Of a DNA stretch of 64,000 nt, positions 56,606 to 64,000 are shown piece by piece. The stretch is from NCBI GenBank assembly GCA_946965045.2, contig OX337238.1, positions 868,001-932,000 of the forward strand. Reading direction: 5' to 3'. This DNA is from Epithemia pelagica. Taxonomy: Eukaryota; Protista; Bacillariophyta. The notes beneath the pieces are model-generated. The model was not told where the DNA came from, ran no database searches, and was given only the letters and a program-made list of their open reading frames with translations. The first letter of the stretch is position 1. Every line of letters begins with the position of its first letter. The position numbers were made by a program, and so were the translations under genes.

Positions 56606-57442
56606 GGTTTTGTTTGTATTGCTCAAGGGGTATCTTTTATCTTTTTGTCTCGAGTTTATGCGAGGGTGGGTTGTGAGAATCATTCGTTGTCTGGAAGAAT
56701 CATCAACTTATCCCGTGTCTGTGACCAGAATATGGCCGGCTGGTGCACGTGTGACGGGTCGACCTGCGTTCCGGGATTCGACGTCTCGCCGTGCTCGACA
56801 TCTGCCGTCTGTCTCGCTCTCACATTTAGAAGATACGCCGGGGAGTGTCCAGTTCAGTGTCCGTGACACACACAAGACTGAAATAGGGTATACGGGTTTG
56901 CGAATCTTAGGAGTATCATGCTAGCGGGGGGCGACAAAAGCGCCATCCCATCATGGAGTTGATTACCGTCTACTAGAAGCAAATCACCAAATCATTGCTT
57001 GACACCATAGACAGAAAAGATGACCCTAGAAATTCTACTTGTCCATGGCCAATCATATTGTATGATGTTAGTCTACTGCTACACACCAATGGCAAGGGGA
57101 GTCAATATGGATTGGGTCATACAACCGTACGTCTTATCCTACTCGGCTAATGCATGCAACCACATGCATGTCAGGCACATGCTCATATTGGTGTTAGATG
57201 TTAGATCGGATGGAATTGCATGTTGGATCGGTCGACACTGCTCTCCATCGAACCTGCAGAAGGGGACGACCACAAGTTCTAAATGCTTGTGTGCTTTTTT
57301 GAATTTGAGAGCATGGCTCTCTCACTCAACGGGTGTGGATGCCGAGCCCGAAGAGCGCATATTGGGCAATAGTCAATAGTGCACGATTCGCTGTTGTCAG
57401 AATTGTAAATGGGAATGGCAATATTAAAAAATAATATTCGTC

Positions 57443-58048
57443 AGGGCTGGGGATACCGATCCATGTACATCTAAGTAGGCTCAGTACATTAAGCTACGTA
57501 GTACTATTTTCATCGGTGTAACAAGTGGGGCGGATGGTCTCAAATCGAAAACTTGCTGCCACGAGAAACAATGCAAATTGGAAGCCATCGCTCGACAATG
57601 GTGGAAGCCATCACCCCCATGGCCATAACTTCCTCAATAATAGAGCTTGACTCGACCGCTTTGACAATAAGATTATTTACTACTAGAGCGACTATGCTTT
57701 CAATTCGGTCGAGTCAGCATTGAAAAATGAGTGAGTTAGGGCGGTCGTTCGATTTCATCACTGCAGAAAAATGAGCGTACCTTTTCAGCCAACTTGGCAA
57801 ATCTTCTGTAATTTCAGACAACAATTTCAAAGGTAAAGGCAAAGAACTTACGGTGGTTGGATGTTTATGCGATGCATGGGTGAATGCATACGGCGTCACC
57901 GGATCTCGCCATCATTGTCGAGCGTTTTTGCTTTTTTTTTGAAATTCCGACCATTTCCGGCGTGACGTGTACTATCTGATTTTATGTACTCTACGTAGCT
58001 TTTGTACTGAGCCTACTTAGATGTACATGGATCGGTATCCCCAGCCCT
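57443..58048. mobile_element. 606-bp non-autonomous DNA transposon (MITE), possibly hAT-like
   Basis: 46-bp perfect TIR AGGGCTGGGGATACCGATCCATGTACATCTAAGTAGGCTCAGTACA plus a further AAGCTACGTAG match. Flanks TATTCGTC / TATCCTTC (6/8) suggest a decayed 8-bp TSD. Confidence 0.85.
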
Positions 58049-58060
58049 TATCCTTCGCCG

Positions 58061-59422
58061 ATGTCGAATTTCAAAAAAGAAGACACGATTTTTGCTGATG
58101 CCACAGAAAGGACGGCGACCATGGGGATGTCGAGAACGGATGATGCGTTCGTGTCGAACGGGTTGGACATGTCAGAGTCCATGGTGGTCACAGGTTTCAC
58201 GAAAGATTCGTGTACACCCTGGTCTTGCTTGAAACAACCAGAACAACCCCCCTATTTTCCCGTGGTGTCTCCACCGTCGCCCTCCCGTGCCTCCCAACAG
58301 GGTTTGATTTCATGGTTCCACACATATCGTCCCCTGGTCAAGGAGCAATTGTTGCATCATGGTGCCTTGCTCTTTCGGGGGTTTGACTTAATGAGTGCTG
58401 CCGATATGGAAGCGGTTCTTGTGAGCTTTTTTGGAAAAGACAGCAACGACGGTCTCCATCGAGACTATCAAGGAACCTCTCCCCGTACTCTGCAACCCCA
58501 GTGCGACTATTTCTTTTCAGCCGCCGACATTCCCACCTACTTTCCTATTCCCCAACATCTGGAAGTGAGTCATATGCCACAAGTTCCTCGAATGGTCTTT
58601 TTCGGATGTGTGCAAGCACCCACCAACCAAGGTCATGGACGTGGTGGTGGTGGTGGCGAAACATCCTTGGCTGATTTTCGCAAGGTCTATCAAGCATTGC
58701 CAGTATCCTTGCGTGACAAATTACAAACCAAGGGCATTCGATACACGCGTATTCATCCTTACCAACAACACTGTCGGTGGTGGTGGCAACAATGGTTGAA
58801 ACGGTACGATATTCACCAAAACACGTCTTGGCCCTCCTTGTTTGGAACCGACTCGAGGGAAAAGGTAGATCAACTGTGCTGGCAAGATAAGGGGATTTAT
58901 CATCATTCGTGGCTGGGCAATGCTCTGGTCGTCACCACCTTCTCGGATGCCTTTCAACGACATGCCGAAACCAACGAGCCAGTATACTTTAATCACCTTC
59001 AAGTCTTTCATTGGACCAGCTTTTTCATGGAATTGTGGAGGACCTGGTGGAGAACGCAACAACATGAATTGCTTTGGCATCTGGTTGGGACATGTTTGTT
59101 TTGTTTCGTCAAGTATGGCGTGTTGCAACATTCCTGGGCCCTGCATGTGACGTACGGTGACGGTCACGAATTTTCGTGGACTGACTTGTCCGCCATTCGT
59201 CAGGCCATTCACCAACACATGCTGTATCCACAATGGCAGCCGGGAGATTTGTTGTTATTGGACAATTTAAGCATGTCACATGGACGACAACCCACCATGG
59301 ATTCCAATCGACACATTGTGGTGGCCTGGTCCCAGTTGTGGACCAAAACCAATCAAATGAGGAAACACGAGGAGGGGCCAACCCAAGGACCAACGAATAC
59401 AATTCCAAAACCAACTTTGTAG
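58061..59422 (+). CDS. TauD/TfdA-family 2OG-Fe(II) dioxygenase (SyrP-like)
   Basis: HGALLFRGF, IPQHLE (HxE), GGETSLAD, WQPGDLLLLDN..SHGR. Confidence 0.88.
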   Translation: MSNFKKEDTIFADATERTATMGMSRTDDAFVSNGLDMSESMVVTGFTKDSCTPWSCLKQPEQPPYFPVVSPPSPSRASQQGLISWFHTYRPLVKEQLLHHGALLFRGFDLMSAADMEAVLVSFFGKDSNDGLHRDYQGTSPRTLQPQCDYFFSAADIPTYFPIPQHLEVSHMPQVPRMVFFGCVQAPTNQGHGRGGGGGETSLADFRKVYQALPVSLRDKLQTKGIRYTRIHPYQQHCRWWWQQWLKRYDIHQNTSWPSLFGTDSREKVDQLCWQDKGIYHHSWLGNALVVTTFSDAFQRHAETNEPVYFNHLQVFHWTSFFMELWRTWWRTQQHELLWHLVGTCLFCFVKYGVLQHSWALHVTYGDGHEFSWTDLSAIRQAIHQHMLYPQWQPGDLLLLDNLSMSHGRQPTMDSNRHIVVAWSQLWTKTNQMRKHEEGPTQGPTNTIPKPTL

Positions 59423-59880
59423 GAGAATGACACGGATATATGTTCGCAAACTCGCCCATTGTCCAACTGTCGAGAACTGTAATAACACTTTTTTCTATGA
59501 AGTAATCGTTTCTGGGGTTAAAACACTATGAACAAGGTTACGGCACTGTAGGTTTCGAACCAAATGTTCAACAGTCTTATGTCGTTGGTCAGAATCACTG
59601 GACATAGAATGCCTAGGTTTCCTGGGTTCTTCCTTGCGCATCCTTTTTGTCCATCTGTCCAAGCACATAAATTTGAGTTGTGGAAGCATGATGATGGTGG
59701 GGGAGAGTTCCTCGTTCGTTCAGTGGATGCAACGATTGTCCAAGAGCGCGAGGACTGGAGAAACAGCCACGCGGTCCCAGACATATCATGGTTGACGATC
59801 AAGTCCAACCAAGACTGTGTGTTGTTTCTGTATCCTCTTTCTGTTGGCAAAACGATTTTTCTTCTGTGAGTGTTGGTCGC

Positions 59881-60744
59881 TTAATCTAGTTTTCGGTCGT
59901 TTTCATCCTGTAGCAAGAGCCGGTGGAGTAACTTGTAACAAAACCATAATTCCACCGGAAGAGCCACGAGAAAACGACCAATGAGGGCCAACCCCAAAAG
60001 CATAAGCCATATATGGTACAATGGCATTCCTTCTCCCGTTGAATCCTGCTCATTGAGACAACCAGACAACAATAAGAAAGGACAGGCAAACAAGCCATAA
60101 ATGCCCAGCATTCCCCTTGGATTTTTAAATCCGTGCGCAAAAAATGCCTGGACCCAGACCGGATCCTCCAGTTCTTCCTTGCTTCTTGGTGGTGGTGGTT
60201 GCAACGGTTTGGATTCCTCCTTTTCCTTGTCTGGTCGTCGATCTTTCCAATGTGTTTGAGTCGAGGCCGCCTCGAGTTGATGGGCTACTGTCGTCATCCA
60301 TTCCACCGTGGGAATGAGGACAGCCCCGAGGGCCACCAGGACTGGTGGTAGAAGCTGCACTGTGCTGGTGGTGGAACGACGAGTGTATCCTCGCAGGGCG
60401 GCCGCCAGCCATACTGTGGATCGCCACAAATTGTCCGCCACAACATCCAAGAGTGCGCCCACACGAGAGGTTTGGTTCCATCGTCGTGCCACGATCCCAT
60501 CGAACAAATCCAAACTGGACGAGACGGCCCAAAGAATCAGGGCCAATACGAGCTGCTGCTTCTGCTGCTCCTTGGCAGTGTGATGATCGCTCCAAGAAGA
60601 AATGACAAGAGCCACGAGTGCCAACACAATGCGAGCATAACCCATGACATTGGGAATGTACAAGAGAACCGGCCAAGAAGAAGAGTTCGAATTCCTCTTC
60701 CGGCTTATAGTTGGGTGCTTGTTTTCCGTCGTGGCCATGGCCAT
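59881..60744 (-). CDS. CDP-alcohol phosphatidyltransferase, phosphatidylinositol-synthase-like
   Basis: VLLYIPNVMGYAR and signature DLFDGIVARRWNQTSRVGALLDVVAD. The frame is open from 60828. Confidence 0.88.
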   Translation of the reverse strand: MAMATTENKHPTISRKRNSNSSSWPVLLYIPNVMGYARIVLALVALVISSWSDHHTAKEQQKQQLVLALILWAVSSSLDLFDGIVARRWNQTSRVGALLDVVADNLWRSTVWLAAALRGYTRRSTTSTVQLLPPVLVALGAVLIPTVEWMTTVAHQLEAASTQTHWKDRRPDKEKEESKPLQPPPPRSKEELEDPVWVQAFFAHGFKNPRGMLGIYGLFACPFLLLSGCLNEQDSTGEGMPLYHIWLMLLGLALIGRFLVALPVELWFCYKLLHRLLLQDENDRKLD

Positions 60745-61667
60745 GGTGCGTGAGAAGGAGATGATTGTTCTGATCTGACATTTGGGTTCGCCTGGTGAGA
60801 AAATTAGTACAGCTCCAATAAGGGGCAATTCTCTCTATCAACGAATAGTGCGACTAAAGATACCCCCAAAAAGACTTCTGAAAAAGAAGGGAGGGGGAGA
60901 AGAGCCATTTGGACTCATTCATCCATGAGACCATACGAACCGGACAATGACATTGCAAATTGCAAGTGCAAGCATCTCAGTCAGGCCTTATCTTTTCCGA
61001 CATCCAATCACGCGTGACTGACTCACCCCTGTTTGGGGGTATCCCTCCCTCGCCCACGCGTCTTTGGACTTTGGTCTTTGGTGTTGGGTGGTTCGAAGTT
61101 CGAAGTTCGATCTCCGAACGGCGACCGAGTGAAGAAAGAGGCGGAGTAAGTCTCTACAATACAAATTTTTGCTTTTAAATTTAAGCCTTTCATGATGGCT
61201 CGTGCGCGAGCGTGTGTTTATTCATTAAGCCCATTGTACTCGTCTCGTATAGCTTGTGCTTACTCGTACAAGTAGTCCGCCTAACAAAAGTTCACAGACG
61301 TTATACAATAGTTGTTCAGAGACCAGAGACGTTACACATACGAGAAACCGTTATCCGGTATCCGTTGACTTTTCATCGACGAGATTTCCCATTCCCCACA
61401 GAAAAAGCAAACATTCGATTCTGGACGGATGGCAAAAGACAAAAGAGAAAGGACCATTGAATCACACTGCAGGAAATAGGACAAAACAAAGCAATGAAAT
61501 CAACATGACCTTGACATTGGTGGTTGGTAGCTCGGGATCCACGTTGATCGTGCTCATAGCTCTCCCGCCGGTCGGCATAGCCGTCTGTCCGTCCATCCGC
61601 ATCGACCCGGACCTGTCACAACAGCAACAGGTCTCAACATAATCGACATCGTACCGTCATCAAGACT

Positions 61668-63677
61668 TTGCTTCTGTCAGCAAGAAGACATTCATCTACA
61701 ATGGCGCACACAATGTCAGTACCGAAATGGGGGGAAGATGAACTGCGCCAGATGGAGCAAGGAGGCTTTTATTTCGACTCCATGGCCTTGCGCGGTCGCG
61801 AGGAGACAATTTGTGAAATCCGTGGTGTTGGTGTATTCGATCATGGTCAATACAATGTTCTCATTGCTTCGGGTCATGTCCGCTCGGGAAAGACACGGAC
61901 TGGACAAGAAGTCTTCAAAAGTGTAACTGATATTGCACCTTCAAGTAATGCCCTCTACGTGCCTGTGAATCTGGGGAACGGCCACGGGTTTGACGAAAGT
62001 TTTGATCCTCACGTTACTCCAAGCGAAGCGCTCGGTGCTCGAATTGTGAAGGGCTATTTTGCGGCAACGGCTCTCAAGGCTGTAAGCACTGCCGACGTCA
62101 TCAGTATGATAGCAGGAGAGGGAGATGAACGTCGACGGCCTATTGTTGTGCATATTGATGAGCACGGTCAATACGCTAGCCAGTGTGCAGAATATTTAAA
62201 ACAGTCAAGTGGCGGGGATGGCGACGAGAACAAGGTCTTCATCGAACAAGGTCGACAAAGAATTGTCAAAATGGTCGATGAGTTGGTTGCTATTGCCACC
62301 ACTCAAGTCGCAAACCGACACCTGACACTCGTTGTTGTGTTGTCCGGAACGTCCTTTGGAGACGTCTCACCAAAACGCAACTCTATGTACCAACTCTTTC
62401 CGTTGAAGCTTCCTGTGCTCAATCCCCAGATGTGCCGTGAACTTGCATCTGACAGCATCGATTCACAGATTGCGCGTGTTAAAGCGAGAAATCTAAATAT
62501 CGAATTGCCTGACAAAGCAACTACAGTCAATTCGCCACTGTTCAAGGTAGCATTGGCTGATACAGGCGGGTTGCCCGGTTGGGTTGTGGAACTGGGAAGA
62601 TTGGGGTGTAATCCAAATGTTTGGAAGCCAGAAAACTACGTCAGTTCAATCCACGATGCTGTCAAGCGATACCTTAAGAAACCAAACCCCGAACAGGTAG
62701 CAATATCAGTGTTGGTTGGATTTGCGCGCCCCCCACTCATGTTGTCGTCGGAATTACTCGGTGGGGATGCCCAAACCTCGGGAAACAAAAGGAAGCGTGA
62801 TGCATGGACAGTACAAGATGCTTCCGACAGCGGCAGTGTCAATGTCGTTGAAAGCACAACGGAAAAGTCCATAGAAATCAGAATTCCAGCAGCTGTGATG
62901 GCGTCGTACGCATCGTACGAGAATGTAAGTGTCCCATGCGATATTCCGACGTTATGTTGTGCCGTATCCAAAATGGATGCTTGGACATGGCAACGATTCG
63001 AATCTGCGCATATCTGCTACCTAGCAGCGGTGCTTCATGCCATTGCTGAAACAAAAGAGCAGTTCTGGACTCGCAAAGGTCACACGGTGACACTTTCAAA
63101 TGTTCTCGTTGGCGTTTCGCCCTCCAACCATCAGAGTCTTAAGAAGGTGTTCACTCCGCAAGATTCGTTCGATGCATTAGATATCATCAAGGATAAAGAG
63201 CAATGCATTCGAAGAGCAAATGCAAGGTCAAAGGTGCACGGAGTTGACACGAAAGACTTGGACCACATGCACCAGGCCCTGGATGGTACACCGATCATTG
63301 ATGCTTATGTCAATTTGAAGCTTCGTGATGAAGGAACCTTGGCTGCAGCCGCTGCTTCAAGTGCAGCCGCTGCAACAGTGGATGAAACTACGACTCTCTT
63401 CGTCCAGTACAAGCATAGCAAATTGGAGTCAGATGCACAGGTAAAAGTTTCTGAAATGAATGAAACAGTCACGAAATTGGAGACCTATTTATCGGGACCA
63501 GGCAAGTGGAGCGGGCGTCCTTGGATCTTCCTATGGGTCACCAACCGCGCCATCGTCGACGATGCAACAACTCCTCATCCAAATTTGCTCTGGGTTGGGA
63601 AGGATAAGCTGATAGACCATGCTCCCTTGATTGGAAGACGTGGCCTGATTCCTAAGGAGGAAGAGCGAAGTGATTAA
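61668..63677 (+). CDS. Crinkler/RHS-type P-loop NTPase + C-terminal restriction-endonuclease-fold protein
   Basis: LRGREE, Walker A GHVRSGKT, Walker B IVVHIDE, DTGGLPG helical region, C-terminal PIIDAYV...LFVQYKHS (D...QxK). Confidence 0.7.
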   Translation: MLLSARRHSSTMAHTMSVPKWGEDELRQMEQGGFYFDSMALRGREETICEIRGVGVFDHGQYNVLIASGHVRSGKTRTGQEVFKSVTDIAPSSNALYVPVNLGNGHGFDESFDPHVTPSEALGARIVKGYFAATALKAVSTADVISMIAGEGDERRRPIVVHIDEHGQYASQCAEYLKQSSGGDGDENKVFIEQGRQRIVKMVDELVAIATTQVANRHLTLVVVLSGTSFGDVSPKRNSMYQLFPLKLPVLNPQMCRELASDSIDSQIARVKARNLNIELPDKATTVNSPLFKVALADTGGLPGWVVELGRLGCNPNVWKPENYVSSIHDAVKRYLKKPNPEQVAISVLVGFARPPLMLSSELLGGDAQTSGNKRKRDAWTVQDASDSGSVNVVESTTEKSIEIRIPAAVMASYASYENVSVPCDIPTLCCAVSKMDAWTWQRFESAHICYLAAVLHAIAETKEQFWTRKGHTVTLSNVLVGVSPSNHQSLKKVFTPQDSFDALDIIKDKEQCIRRANARSKVHGVDTKDLDHMHQALDGTPIIDAYVNLKLRDEGTLAAAAASSAAAATVDETTTLFVQYKHSKLESDAQVKVSEMNETVTKLETYLSGPGKWSGRPWIFLWVTNRAIVDDATTPHPNLLWVGKDKLIDHAPLIGRRGLIPKEEERSD

Positions 63678-63719
63678 GATTAACGTTCAAGTGTTTACCG
63701 TTGAAGTTCGGCCCAATCG

Positions 63720-63919
63720 ATCAGGGCCAATACTAGCTGCTGCTGCTGCTACTCCTTGGCATTGTGGGTATCGCTCGGCGAAGAAATGACCAGAGCCACC
63801 AGTGCCAACACAGTGCGAGCATATCCCATTAGATTGGGAATGTACATGAGAACCGGCCACGAAGAAGAACTAGTGGAATTCCTCTTCCGGCTAGTTGGGT
63901 GCTTGTTGTCCGTGGCCAT
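63720..63919 (-). pseudogene. Truncated duplicate of the 5' end of the PI-synthase-like gene
   Basis: Similar to 60536-60744 (MATDNKHPTSRKRN..WPVLMYIPNLMGYAR). In-frame TAG; stops before the catalytic motif. Confidence 0.85.
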
Positions 63920-64000
63920 GGTGCGTGAGATGATGATTTTTGAGCATTTGGGATCGGCTGCTCCATTCCTATTACTCCTATATAGTCTTATTGCGATCTT

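Noticed and set aside
16320-63800. Several ORFs broken by a single TAG (16320, 22553, 44795, ~63750) suggesting stop-codon reassignment
   Set aside because: Intact genes here end in TAG (e.g. 9134-9136, 10891-10893, 59420-59422), and the 44795 TAG corresponds to TCG in its paralog. These are independent nonsense mutations.

Overview
Eukaryotic nuclear DNA, probably a diatom or related stramenopile. This is inferred from the short GT-AG introns, the Ty1/copia elements with a DRG/DSH-type protease, and the gene repertoire. The first ~23.6 kb is a three-level transposon nest. An old Ty1/copia element has its gag split at a TA (269-270 / 18334-18335) by an 18,063-bp cut-and-paste DNA transposon with modular ~53-bp terminal inverted repeats. 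That transposon encodes an IS630/Tc1/mariner-like DDE transposase and three cargo genes, one of which fuses a SET domain to a 2-oxoglutarate/Fe(II)-dioxygenase-like domain. It is itself interrupted by a young, intact copia element (1530-9913) with apparently identical 783-bp LTRs, a TGAGC TSD, an extra 5' ORF and a candidate half-tRNA-Asn primer binding site. The remainder holds host genes: a TKL-like kinase; a tandem, mosaic array of four Kelch-propeller genes alternating with vacuolar-sorting-receptor-like genes (intact, nonsense-mutated and deleted copies); a decayed ABC-transporter gene; a SNF2/Rad5-like ATPase; a 606-bp MITE abutting a TauD dioxygenase; a PI-synthase-like gene; and a Crinkler-type NTPase+REase gene next to a truncated duplicate of the PI-synthase 5' end. 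All domain calls come from motif recognition by eye. No database search was run.
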